This document shows, piece after piece, positions 55,493-64,000 of a stretch of 64,000 nucleotides of DNA. Location: positions 601 to 64,600 of the IMG/VR virus record IMGVR_UViG_3300031853_000038. One strand, given 5' to 3'. The DNA comes from a virus (lineage: Duplodnaviria > Caudoviricetes). The notes below the pieces were generated by a model. That model had not been told where the DNA came from. It saw nothing but the letters and a program-made list of their open reading frames with translations, and searched no databases. The position numbers and the translations under genes are program-made. Position 1 is the first letter of the stretch, and each line of letters opens with the position of its first letter.

Positions 55493-56248
55493 ATGAGAAC
55501 AGATATTTTAGATAGAAAAGAAGATATTCTTAATTGGATTAGAGAGAAAAAACCAAAATCTTATATAGCCGCACAGTTAAAATGCAAGCCTTCGACTCTG
55601 AATAATTATTTAGAAAAAATGGATATTAAATATGCTGGCCGTCAAGATTGGAATAAGGGTAAAACATTTAACAATTATATTCCAGCACAAGAATATGCAA
55701 AAAAAGATTTTGTTAAAAGTTATATTTTAAAAGAAAAACTAATTAAAGAAGGTATAAAGGAATATCGTTGTGAAATTTGCGGTTTAACTGAATGGCAGAA
55801 TAAACCTATACCATTAGAATTACATCATAAAGATTGTAATCATTTTAATAACAATTTTAATAATTTACAAATATTATGTCCAAATTGCCATGCTCAACAA
55901 GAAGGTAACGCAGGAGCGAATTCAAACCATTATAATACTCAACATATGAACAAAATTAAAAATGAAATAATTAAAGAAAAGAAAAAAATTTGTCCAATCT
56001 GTAAAAAAAATGAAATTAATTTTTCTTCAAAAATGTGTATAGATTGTATGCATATTTCTCGAAGATTGGTTGAAAGACCAGATAGAGAAGCATTTAAAAC
56101 ACTTATTAGAACCATACCTTTTGTACAAATTGGTAAAAAATTTGGAGTTTCTGATAATGCTATTCGTAAATGGTGCAAAACTTATAATTTACCCTCAAAG
56201 GTATCAGAAATAAAACAATACTCTGATGAAGAATGGAAAAAGTTATAA
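55493..56248 (+). CDS. Free-standing HNH homing endonuclease
   Basis: CEICG...PLELHHKDCNHFNNNFNNLQILCPNCH; C-terminal CPIC..CIDC and HTH. Confidence 0.9.
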   Translation: MRTDILDRKEDILNWIREKKPKSYIAAQLKCKPSTLNNYLEKMDIKYAGRQDWNKGKTFNNYIPAQEYAKKDFVKSYILKEKLIKEGIKEYRCEICGLTEWQNKPIPLELHHKDCNHFNNNFNNLQILCPNCHAQQEGNAGANSNHYNTQHMNKIKNEIIKEKKKICPICKKNEINFSSKMCIDCMHISRRLVERPDREAFKTLIRTIPFVQIGKKFGVSDNAIRKWCKTYNLPSKVSEIKQYSDEEWKKL

Positions 56249-56250
56249 AT

Positions 56251-56335
56251 GGCGGTGTGATGGAATTGGCAGACAACGTACATTTAGACTGTACGGTCAT
56301 AAGACGTGCACGTTCAAGTCGTGTCACCGCCACCA
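56251..56335 (+). tRNA. tRNA-Leu(TAG), long variable arm
   Basis: GTACA-TTTAGAC-TGTAC, CCA; starts 3 nt after the HNH stop. Confidence 0.93.
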
Positions 56336-56709
56336 CGCGGTTTATTCCTTAGTGCGGTTACAAAAGGAACTCTATTCAAGGAGTATATTTCTTGAATGGC
56401 GATTTAATTATTGTTAAACTACAGCGTATTAAGTGTTCAAAACCAAATTCAAATCTTTATAACGTAGATATACCTGCGGTTGGGCTGTACATTTGTGTAA
56501 AGATTAGGGGTTAAAGGGAAAAGTAGATATATCGTTTTATTTGTAATTGAGGCGTGGAAGAGAAATGTTATTACTTGAAATCATATGTATGTAATAATAT
56601 TTTGTAGGCGAGGCAACCGAGACCAACTAATAGTGTTGAGGGCGAGTAAGTTATAAAGATTACCTTATATCTACTGATTACTTTTACTATAATGAAAGGG
56701 TTGATATAT

Positions 56710-56979
56710 ATGAGAGCAAAAATTTTTATGGACACATTTGAACAGGCTAAACAGGTAGAGGCTATTGCAAAAGGATGTGAAAAACCAGTTTATATTAAAG
56801 ATAACACTGGGTTATGTGTAAGCGCAAAATCACTTGTGGGTATTCTCCACGCAATGGAGTTCTCAGAGCTGTGGCTTGAATCAGATGGAGATTATTTCAC
56901 AAAATTTAAAGACTTTATTATCGGTTCGGTGCTTGAAGACAATGATAATACTATTCTAAAGAGGGAACCAGCTTTCTAA
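56710..56979 (+). CDS. HPr-like protein
   Basis: VSAKSLVGIL (HPr Ser46-type motif); size; no catalytic His15 equivalent seen. Confidence 0.6.
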   Translation: MRAKIFMDTFEQAKQVEAIAKGCEKPVYIKDNTGLCVSAKSLVGILHAMEFSELWLESDGDYFTKFKDFIIGSVLEDNDNTILKREPAF

Positions 56980-57003
56980 AACTTTAATTAGGAGGTTTTA
57001 GAA

Positions 57004-57294
57004 ATGAGTCGTTCCTTTAAGAAAAATCCATCTTTTAATCCTTTTAGAGGCGGAGTTAGAAAAATCGCAAAAAGAAGAGCCAATAAGAGATTAAGGGCGC
57101 AGAAACATACCAGAGGAATTTGCGGCAATCATAGTATGTATCGTCGATTATTTAATCGTTGTGATACTGAATGGCTAAAAAGCTGGTACGGGTGGAATTG
57201 GAAAGATTATCAAATTCTTTGGGAGAAAGACGAGATATCATCTGACTGTAAAAAGTTATTTAATCAATGGCAAAAATACTATAAGAGAGAGTAA
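57004..57294 (+). CDS. Small basic hypothetical protein
   Basis: MSRSFKKNP...KRRANKRLR; RBS GGAGG. Confidence 0.6.
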   Translation: MSRSFKKNPSFNPFRGGVRKIAKRRANKRLRAQKHTRGICGNHSMYRRLFNRCDTEWLKSWYGWNWKDYQILWEKDEISSDCKKLFNQWQKYYKRE

Positions 57295-57311
57295 TAATTT
57301 TCTCCATAAAT

Positions 57312-57388
57312 GTGGGTATAGTGTTCAACGGCTAGCATACCTGTCTTCCAAACAGGTGGTACGGGTTCAAATCCTGCTACCCACACCA
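57312..57388 (+). tRNA. tRNA-Gly(TCC)
   Basis: CCTGT-CTTCCAA-ACAGG, CCA. Confidence 0.9.
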
Positions 57389-57517
57389 ACAAAAAACCTC
57401 GAACCATCGGAAGGATTATTATTGTTGTTATCTATGATGGTATGATAATATACATAATAATTCGGGCAGTTTAAAGGTAACTGTCCTTTTATATTAATGA
57501 AATAGAAAGGTATCAAT

Positions 57518-57679
57518 ATGTTTTGGAATATTTTAATTATCATAGGCATAGCTATAATTATTGCCATAGTAGGATTTTTCTATCTTTCTATATATGCATT
57601 ATGCAAAGTATCAAGTGAAGAAGCTAGACTTGAAGAAGAATTTAGCATTGGTTTTTTAGAAAAGCCAAATGATAAATAG
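57518..57679 (+). CDS. Small single-TM membrane protein (53 aa)
   Basis: MFWNILIIIGIAIIIAIVGFFYLSIYALCK...; RBS GAAAGG. Confidence 0.55.
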   Translation: MFWNILIIIGIAIIIAIVGFFYLSIYALCKVSSEEARLEEEFSIGFLEKPNDK

Positions 57680-57757
57680 ATTTGCCCTCGTAACTAATAC
57701 CAGAAAATAAACAGCCTTTTAATAATGCAGAAATGTTTATAAAAAGTTAGTTTATAT

Positions 57758-57831
57758 AGCGGCGTCGTATAAAGGTATTATAGTGGACTTTGAATCCATT
57801 GAAGGTGGGTCAGTACCACCCGCCGCTGCCA
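57758..57831 (+). tRNA. tRNA-Gln(TTG), atypical T loop GTCAGTA
   Basis: GTGGA-CTTTGAA-TCCAT, G73, CCA. Confidence 0.88.
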
Positions 57832-57851
57832 ATAATATTTAGGAGATTATA

Positions 57852-58109
57852 ATGAAGATTATTAAGAAAGGAAATCCGTCTAAAATAGGAACATTTGAAT
57901 TTGATTGCAGAAAATGTGGATGTATTTTTGAAGCCAAAGAAGGGGAATATGTAAGAAAAGTAAGTAGTGATACTTTTTTTATATATTGTGATTGTCCTTG
58001 CTGCGGCAATACAATACGAAGACTGGATATGGAAACTACTATGGAGTCTCGTGAGTGGTCTCAAAATATAGGAGCGGGAACAAGATTTGAGAAAAGAGGC
58101 TTGTGGTAA
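57852..58109 (+). CDS. Small Zn-ribbon protein
   Basis: FDCRKCGCIFEA...CPCCG. Confidence 0.6.
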   Translation: MKIIKKGNPSKIGTFEFDCRKCGCIFEAKEGEYVRKVSSDTFFIYCDCPCCGNTIRRLDMETTMESREWSQNIGAGTRFEKRGLW

Positions 58110-58399
58110 TGCGTAATAATCAAGTTGAAATTAAAGTAACGCGTTTTAATGATGAGATTCCAAAAACAGCCTGTATTTTTCCAGAGGAAGATATAAAAGC
58201 TTATACTATGAGTACATATACTGATAGTAATAATGTTTTTGAAGCACTCGCGGCAGCGTATCTTAATATTTTAAAAGCTATTAAAGAAGATGAAGATTTC
58301 CCTAAATTTGGCGATTCAGGTGATGTTAAAAGAACCTATAAGGTAGCTACTAAGGAAGAAAAACCTCCTTCAACGGGTAAATGGGAGTTGGGCTTTTAA
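58103..58399 (+). CDS. Hypothetical protein
   Basis: ORF track, coupled to neighbours. Confidence 0.5.
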   Translation: MVMRNNQVEIKVTRFNDEIPKTACIFPEEDIKAYTMSTYTDSNNVFEALAAAYLNILKAIKEDEDFPKFGDSGDVKRTYKVATKEEKPPSTGKWELGF

Positions 58400-59109
58400 T
58401 GAGTAGAGCGTTCTGTACGGGAGATACGCATACACAATTTAAACGTATTTGTCGTTTTTGTTATGAAAAAAGAACAAGTTTAGACGATTATTTAATAATT
58501 TTAGGTGATGTTGGTCTTAATTATCACTTAAATAGCTTTGATGTTCCAAATAAAAAATATTTAGCTAGACTTCCAATTACACTTCTATGTATTCACGGCA
58601 ATCACGAAGAGCGAGCTTGGAATTTAGATTCTTATAAAAGAGTCTATAACGAAGACTTACAATGTTATGTATATGTAGAAGAAGCATATCCAAATATTCT
58701 ATTTATTGAAGATGGAGTTTTTTATCTTAAAGGTAAAAAGTGTTTAGCTATTGGCGGCGCCTATAGTATAGATAAATATTATCGACTAAGAATGGGTTAT
58801 CATTGGTTTCCCTCTGAGCAGCCGACTGAGGAAGAAAAAGAAAAAATATTTCAAATAGTTGATACTGAGAACTCATTTAATTATATCTTCTCACACACAG
58901 TTCCACTTAAATACGAAAGAGAATTGGAAGATTTATTCCTACCTTCAATAAACCAATCTATGGTAGATAAATCAACCGAAAAATTTTTAGATAAAGTGGA
59001 AGATAAAATTATATATGACCATTGGTATTTTGGTCATTACCACGCAAGTTTTGACCTTACTGACAAGGTGACAATTCTCTTTAACGAATTTATTGAATTA
59101 AACCTTTAA
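58399..59109 (+). CDS. Calcineurin-like metallophosphoesterase
   Basis: GDTH, LGDVG, HGNHE, FSHT, FGHYH. Confidence 0.9.
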   Translation: MSRAFCTGDTHTQFKRICRFCYEKRTSLDDYLIILGDVGLNYHLNSFDVPNKKYLARLPITLLCIHGNHEERAWNLDSYKRVYNEDLQCYVYVEEAYPNILFIEDGVFYLKGKKCLAIGGAYSIDKYYRLRMGYHWFPSEQPTEEEKEKIFQIVDTENSFNYIFSHTVPLKYERELEDLFLPSINQSMVDKSTEKFLDKVEDKIIYDHWYFGHYHASFDLTDKVTILFNEFIELNL

Positions 59110-59147
59110 TCAGATAAGGTCCGGACTTTATCTGTTCATATAGATTC

Positions 59148-59175
59148 GGGCAATCGTTGAGATTGTCCTTTTTTG
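59148..59175 (+). terminator. Rho-independent terminator
   Basis: GGGCAATC-gttga-GATTGTCC followed by a T run. Confidence 0.7.
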
Positions 59176-59191
59176 TTTTGGGAGGAATTTT

Positions 59192-60913
59192 ATGGCAAAG
59201 AATAGAGAGCTTGGACATATCTTACAAAAAGGCTCAATTACTGATGAATATATATATTATGAAAGACTCTATGATGATGGACATTTTTCTTTATATAATA
59301 GAATTGGTCAAGAGATAAGAGATGCCGATCGAGTGTGGCAACAAAATGGACATTTAGATAGTGAACAGTTATACGCTATGGCAAAAATAGAGGCACAAAA
59401 AGAAAAAGATATGTTAGAAAAAATATTTCAAGTAGATAGTTTTGATAAAGTAGAAATTAACAAAGATTTTTATAAAAATTTTGTTAAAGCATTAAATGAA
59501 GCATTAAATTTAAAAAAGGTTTTTGAAAGAAATACTATACTAATGCAAAACACTAAAGGACAAAAAAATGTTCTAAGTTTTTTTGATGGATATTTCTATA
59601 ACGCTTGGAAAGCAAACTGGCCCAAGATAGCGGAAGAAGCGGAAAAATTATTTTATACTAATACCAAAAGACCATTAGATGATTGTATTGGAGAGGTCTT
59701 AGACAAAAAAATGCCAGAAATTCTTACAGAGGCAATTACTGAGTGGTTAGTAGTTGCCGATAAAGAAAATGGAATTAAAAATAATGATATGGCTGCGAAG
59801 GATGCCTATAAAGAAGTTTATGATAGAATTATGAGTTTTGGTTTAGATAAAAATACTAACCCATTTATTAGAACTTTATATGAACAGTATCACTTAGATG
59901 AAGTTGTTGAGATGATAAAAGGAAGAGTAGCTTCAAGGAAAACTTCTTCAGGAAAATTAAATGTAGGTAATCGTTCTAAACAAGCTATTGAAAAAATATT
60001 AGGTAGTAAATCTAATAAAGTAAAAGGTCAAAGAGCGGGTTTTACATATGAAGCTTTTAGAGATCAAGCATTAGGTATTATTGCTGATAAAATAAGAGGA
60101 AAAGGATATAAGGTTACGAACGATTGGACAGGAACGAAAGGAAATCAAAGTGCTGACCATACTTTATATATAGGATTCGACTTATCCCCAATTCAACAAA
60201 TTTTAGATGATTGGACAATTTCTACCACAGGTAGTTTAAGAGAATATAATTACAATAAAATAAAAGAAGTTCAAGATAAATTAAAAAATGTGAAAGAAGG
60301 AGGATATGTAGTATACATATCTGACAAAAACTATTCTATGAACGAAGGCTTTAAAGAAAGAGGTGGTTTTGCCGCAAAAAGCCAGAAATATAATAATTTT
60401 AAAGATGTAATGATCAACGTAGAGAAAAATTTTAATATAATTATGCCTGCAATTTTACAATGCATCCCAGGTGCTATAGGAAGTAATAGTGGACAAAAAG
60501 AAAAATGGGAAGATGAAATAGCTAATTATATAGCTTATATGCTGTTTGATGATTTTGATACAATTGGAAAGGATATGATTAATCAGGGTAATATAAATTA
60601 TATACATATTATGGATTTAAATGGAGTTATGATTCCTTTATCTTTAATTTTATTTCTATTATCTGAAGCTATGAGAAAAGCTGATTTCTCAGATAAAAGT
60701 TCTTATGTTAGTACTAGTATTACATTACCAGATAGTATATTATATCCAGGAGAGCCAGACCGGTTTACGGATAATTCAGGGGTAAGCCCTACAGAAACAG
60801 AGCTAATTCAAATGTGGAATGAGCAAAGGCAAGAAGCTATTTCAAAAACGATGATTCAGATTCATTTTCTTAAAGATTTAAAAGAAATTTTACAAGAATA
60901 TGTTAAATTCTAA
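59192..60913 (+). CDS. Hypothetical protein (573 aa), possibly virion-associated
   Basis: Long ORF bounded by terminators; no motif recognised. Confidence 0.55.
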   Translation: MAKNRELGHILQKGSITDEYIYYERLYDDGHFSLYNRIGQEIRDADRVWQQNGHLDSEQLYAMAKIEAQKEKDMLEKIFQVDSFDKVEINKDFYKNFVKALNEALNLKKVFERNTILMQNTKGQKNVLSFFDGYFYNAWKANWPKIAEEAEKLFYTNTKRPLDDCIGEVLDKKMPEILTEAITEWLVVADKENGIKNNDMAAKDAYKEVYDRIMSFGLDKNTNPFIRTLYEQYHLDEVVEMIKGRVASRKTSSGKLNVGNRSKQAIEKILGSKSNKVKGQRAGFTYEAFRDQALGIIADKIRGKGYKVTNDWTGTKGNQSADHTLYIGFDLSPIQQILDDWTISTTGSLREYNYNKIKEVQDKLKNVKEGGYVVYISDKNYSMNEGFKERGGFAAKSQKYNNFKDVMINVEKNFNIIMPAILQCIPGAIGSNSGQKEKWEDEIANYIAYMLFDDFDTIGKDMINQGNINYIHIMDLNGVMIPLSLILFLLSEAMRKADFSDKSSYVSTSITLPDSILYPGEPDRFTDNSGVSPTETELIQMWNEQRQEAISKTMIQIHFLKDLKEILQEYVKF

Positions 60914-60916
60914 TTG

Positions 60917-60945
60917 AGTTAAAGTTTTTACTTTAACTCTTTTTT
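60917..60945 (+). terminator. Rho-independent terminator
   Basis: GAGTTAAAG-ttttta-CTTTAACTC followed by a T run. Confidence 0.7.
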
Positions 60946-61005
60946 ATTTGATTTTTTTATAATTTTTTAGTATAATATATATAGAAAATAAGAAAAGAGG
61001 TTAAT

Positions 61006-61350
61006 ATGATTAATATTTGTAAGATTGACTATGACGACGAAGAAAAGTTTGAAGCAGAAGTTATTAGGCGAATAGATTCAAAAGAAAATTTTGATGAAGA
61101 TGAGTTAAGCGAACTTCTTTGGAGATTGGACGAAGTAGATAGAATCCAATATGATGATGATAGATGGACTCGACCAGTTTCTTCTATTCTTAGAATCGGC
61201 GAAAGGTTTTTCCAATTAGATTGGGATAAGGGACTGACAGAGTATCAAGAAAGCTACTTCGACGAGCAACCTTTTGAAGTTTTTTGTAAGGAAAAGGTTG
61301 TAGTGGAAAAAGAGTGGTTCCCAATTAAGGAGAGAAAAGAGAATGAGTAA
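61006..61350 (+). CDS. Acidic hypothetical protein (early)
   Basis: Follows a promoter repeat; DDDRWTR...DWDKGLTEYQE. Confidence 0.6.
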   Translation: MINICKIDYDDEEKFEAEVIRRIDSKENFDEDELSELLWRLDEVDRIQYDDDRWTRPVSSILRIGERFFQLDWDKGLTEYQESYFDEQPFEVFCKEKVVVEKEWFPIKERKENE

Positions 61351-61708
61351 TAAAGATAAAATTAAAGACTTTATCGAGAATTTTAAAAACAGAAACGGTA
61401 AAGAAAATCGTTTAGGAATTGAAGAATTTTTTATGAACGGTGGCTGTTACTGGTTCTCAAAAATTCTAAGTAATCTTTTCCCGCAAGGAAAAATTCTTTA
61501 TGACTTGCGTAGTAATCACTTTTTATTTTATGGAGGCTACTCACTAAACATAAAAGAAGAAGGAATCTTTGATATTCGTGGAGAAGTTACCGAGGCATAT
61601 CTCCCTTGGTTGCTACAAGGTACAGTGGTTGAATGGGATAGATATGATGATACAGCACACAAGTCTAGAATTTGGAGAGATTGTATTGCTTTTGAGGAGG
61701 TAAAGTAA
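61343..61708 (+). CDS. Hypothetical protein
   Basis: FMNGGCYWFSKIL...NHF...DIRG. Confidence 0.6.
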   Translation: MSNKDKIKDFIENFKNRNGKENRLGIEEFFMNGGCYWFSKILSNLFPQGKILYDLRSNHFLFYGGYSLNIKEEGIFDIRGEVTEAYLPWLLQGTVVEWDRYDDTAHKSRIWRDCIAFEEVK

Positions 61709-61893
61709 TGGCTTGGGTTATGCAATGCGACAGGTGTAAAAAAATTTTTAATCATTGCTCAGAAGGTTATCGTGGCATCTACGTAAAATATAAAAAAGAT
61801 GATAAAGATTACCCTTCTAAAAATATTTATAAAGAACTGTGCCCTGAGTGTATAAAATGTATTGTTGAATACTTGCAAGAGGGAGAAAAATAA
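61708..61893 (+). CDS. Small Zn-finger protein
   Basis: CDRC...LCPEC. Confidence 0.6.
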   Translation: MAWVMQCDRCKKIFNHCSEGYRGIYVKYKKDDKDYPSKNIYKELCPECIKCIVEYLQEGEK

Positions 61894-61896
61894 TAT

Positions 61897-62034
61897 ATGA
61901 ATATAAACGAAGCAATAGAATGGTTAAAATCCTTAAAACGTTCAATAGGTAGCTGTGACCACTATGCTTTATGGCACTATGCAGAAGCTATTGATAAAAT
62001 TATAAAATTATTAGATGAAATAGAAGAAAAATAA
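61897..62034 (+). CDS. Small hypothetical protein (45 aa)
   Basis: MNINEAIEWLKSLK...; manual translation. Confidence 0.5.
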   Translation: MNINEAIEWLKSLKRSIGSCDHYALWHYAEAIDKIIKLLDEIEEK

Positions 62035-62086
62035 TTTGATTTTTTAATAAAAATATTATATAATATATATAGAAAATTAAAAAGAG

Positions 62087-62689
62087 GTGTTTAAAATGCA
62101 AGGTATGTTTAACGGAATGTTTGGAAAAATTCAAAATGGAATGTGTCGTTTATCTTATACGGGCGGCATCGCTGTTAAAACCAGCAATGGTTATAAAACC
62201 TATGACGTAAAGAAAGGAAAGCTGATTAACTGCACTAATTTTGCGCTTGATATCGGCAATGATTTCTTCTTTGTAATTCCTACTAATAAAGTAGAAAAGG
62301 GAGATATTATTCTTGTTGACGGAAAGCCACGCTGTGTAATTGAAGGCGGCAAGGATTCTATTAAAGTAGTGAATTATGAAAATTCGACTATTGACAATAT
62401 TCTTCCTGAGCGTCACGTATTTATGGGTAATACTTATTTTTATGGTAAGATTGTATCTATGTTTGGTAACAATTTTGCTAAGGGTAAGGACGGAATGAGT
62501 AAGATGATGTCCTATATGATGATGGCTGAAATGTTGAAGGGTAACGGAACAAATTCTAATAACGGTATGAGCGCGATGCTTCCATTTATGATGATGAATG
62601 GTTCTAACGGTTTCGCCGATATGTTTGATGGAATGTTTGATTTCGATGAAGACATTGAAGATAATGAAGATAAAAAGGAGAATGAGTAA
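62087..62689 (+). CDS. Hypothetical protein with Met/Gly/Asn-rich C-terminus
   Basis: First gene of the vWA-PurA-like operon. Confidence 0.6.
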   Translation: MFKMQGMFNGMFGKIQNGMCRLSYTGGIAVKTSNGYKTYDVKKGKLINCTNFALDIGNDFFFVIPTNKVEKGDIILVDGKPRCVIEGGKDSIKVVNYENSTIDNILPERHVFMGNTYFYGKIVSMFGNNFAKGKDGMSKMMSYMMMAEMLKGNGTNSNNGMSAMLPFMMMNGSNGFADMFDGMFDFDEDIEDNEDKKENE

Positions 62690-63570
62690 TGGGTTACGGT
62701 AGTTGGTCAAATAACACATATGCAGATTATTCTAAAAGTGTAGGTAGAACAGTAACTAATATTAACGGCATTAACTATGTTGATGGTGACTATTCCGCGC
62801 AGGAACTTTACCGTTCACGGCGACTGGATCCCGCTCTTGATCCAAAGAACGTGGTTCGTGAGTGTTGCGACAGTGAAGAGCATCCTAACACTATTCCAGT
62901 TATTCTGGCTCTTGATGTAACTGGTAGTATGGGTAACACTGCTGTTGAAGTAGCAAAGAAACTTAATGAGATTATGACTAATCTTTATGAGGAAGTTTCT
63001 GACGTACAGTTTATGATTATGGGTATCGGCGATTTGTATTGCGATGCAGCTCCAATTCAGGCTTCGCAGTTTGAATCTGATATTCGTATCGCAGAGCAGC
63101 TTGATAAGATTTATTTTGAAGGCGGCGGAGGCGGTAACGGCTATGAGTCTTATACCGCGGCTTGGTACTTCGGACTTTATCATACCAAGCTTGATTGTTG
63201 GAAGAGAGGAAAGAAGGGTATCATTATCACTATGGGTGACGAACCTCTGAATCCATATCTTCCTCACAGAGATTTGACGATTGCTACGGGAGATACTCTT
63301 GAAGCAGATGTCGATACAGGTAATCTGTATAATGAGGTCATTGAAAAGTTTGATGTATATCATCTTGGAGTAGCCGAAAAGGGTAACTGTTACTTCAGAT
63401 ACAGAGATAGAGTCGTAGAGAGCTTCAAGAAGTATTTTGATAACGAGCATTTCAAGGAAGTATCTCTTGATAATCTTGCGACTGTAATCGCAAATATTGT
63501 TATTGAAAATCAAAACGGAAAGGATAACGAGGTCGCGGCAGATACGGCTTTTGACGAGATTTCGTGGTAA
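62689..63570 (+). CDS. vWA domain protein
   Basis: LALDVTGSMG MIDAS, GGGGNGYESY, ITMGDE. Confidence 0.85.
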   Translation: MGYGSWSNNTYADYSKSVGRTVTNINGINYVDGDYSAQELYRSRRLDPALDPKNVVRECCDSEEHPNTIPVILALDVTGSMGNTAVEVAKKLNEIMTNLYEEVSDVQFMIMGIGDLYCDAAPIQASQFESDIRIAEQLDKIYFEGGGGGNGYESYTAAWYFGLYHTKLDCWKRGKKGIIITMGDEPLNPYLPHRDLTIATGDTLEADVDTGNLYNEVIEKFDVYHLGVAEKGNCYFRYRDRVVESFKKYFDNEHFKEVSLDNLATVIANIVIENQNGKDNEVAADTAFDEISW

Positions 63571-63575
63571 GATAA

Positions 63576-64000
63576 ATGGAAGTCAAAATTGTTGTGGGCG
63601 CCAATTATGGCGACGAAGGAAAGGGTATGGCAACAGCTTATTTCTCCAAACAAGCATATGAAAATAAGCAGAGATGCCTGAATATTCTTTATAACGGAAG
63701 TTGTCAGAGAGGACATACCGTTGAATTAAAAAATGGTACAAAGCACGTCTTTCATCATTTCGGTAGTGGTACTTTTTATGGCGCTCATACATATTTTGAC
63801 CGTCATTTTATCATAAATCCTATCTTTTTTGTTAGAGAATATTACGAATTGGCTGAAAAGGGTTATGAGCCTATTTGTTATGCAAATGAAGATTGTACTA
63901 TTGCCACTCCTTTTGATGCGATTTTGAATCAAATCTTTGAAAGAGGAAGAGGAAAGAACAAACACGGCTCGTGCGGTTTTGGAGTCTTTGAAACAGTTAA
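63576..64000 (+). CDS. purA: Adenylosuccinate synthetase-like protein, N-terminal part (truncated by the window edge)
   Basis: Manual translation MEVKIVVGANYGDEGKG...NGSCQRGHTV...HVFHHFGSG...HGSCGFGVFETV. Confidence 0.8.
   Translation, partial: MEVKIVVGANYGDEGKGMATAYFSKQAYENKQRCLNILYNGSCQRGHTVELKNGTKHVFHHFGSGTFYGAHTYFDRHFIINPIFFVREYYELAEKGYEPICYANEDCTIATPFDAILNQIFERGRGKNKHGSCGFGVFETV

Noticed and set aside
38971-62064. Dispersed ~55-bp AT-rich repeats as mobile element ends or an array
   Set aside because: Each contains TTGA(C/T)T-17-TATAAT and precedes a gene or RNA, so they are best explained as promoters.
3784-63965. Many short antisense or overlapping ORFs in the track (e.g. 3784, 5895, 6784, 8044, 16312, 20376, 46647, 47141, 53742, 54612, 62150, 62815)
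   Set aside because: They lie opposite or inside well-supported genes or RNA genes, lack RBSs and have shadow-like composition.
1-64000. Stop-codon recoding (TAG/TGA), suggested by the presence of theta ribozymes
   Set aside because: Long genes (DnaE 1312 aa, GyrA 807 aa, 1138-aa tail gene) are open under the standard code, the only split genes are explained by introns, and no CTA/TCA suppressor tRNA is present in the window.
63576-64000. PurZ (Z-genome) pathway
   Set aside because: The motif is GDEGKG with the PurA-type Asp, not the Ser-substituted PurZ motif; no datZ/mazZ seen in the window.

Overview
AT-rich 64 kb fragment of a large tailed dsDNA phage, most likely infecting gut or rumen Clostridia-type Firmicutes; standard genetic code. 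1-22.2 kb (- strand) is a replication module: NrdD, NrdH, DnaE, RecJ, primase, DnaB and GyrB each split by a group I intron carrying a GIY-YIG nuclease, Sak4-like ATPase, SSB-like protein, GyrA and an orphan MTase. 22.3-32.3 kb (+) is a receptor-binding/lysis module: a BspA-type LRR protein, a holin, a complete two-target diversity-generating retroelement (VR1-TR-RT-VR2, every TR/VR mismatch at a TR adenine) and two endolysins. 32.3-37 kb (-) holds repair genes (UvrD-like helicase, ligase, kinase, RNase H). A DUF2828/Ro60-like vWA gene and tail genes follow. 44.4-57.9 kb is a dense RNA island: 22 tRNAs (one with an HNH-encoding group I intron), four theta/HDV-like ribozymes directly behind the only four CCA-less tRNAs, ribozyme-plus-endonuclease cassettes, a 582-nt ROOL-sized RNA and several unassigned structured RNAs. 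It also holds seven related stem-closed 'CAGCAA' RNAs, some carrying tRNA-mimic modules; one has a circularly permuted YrlA-like fold. My best candidate for an undescribed system is this Y-like tRNA-mimic RNA family paired with the phage DUF2828 Ro60-like protein. All structures were assigned by eye; no database or folding tools were run.
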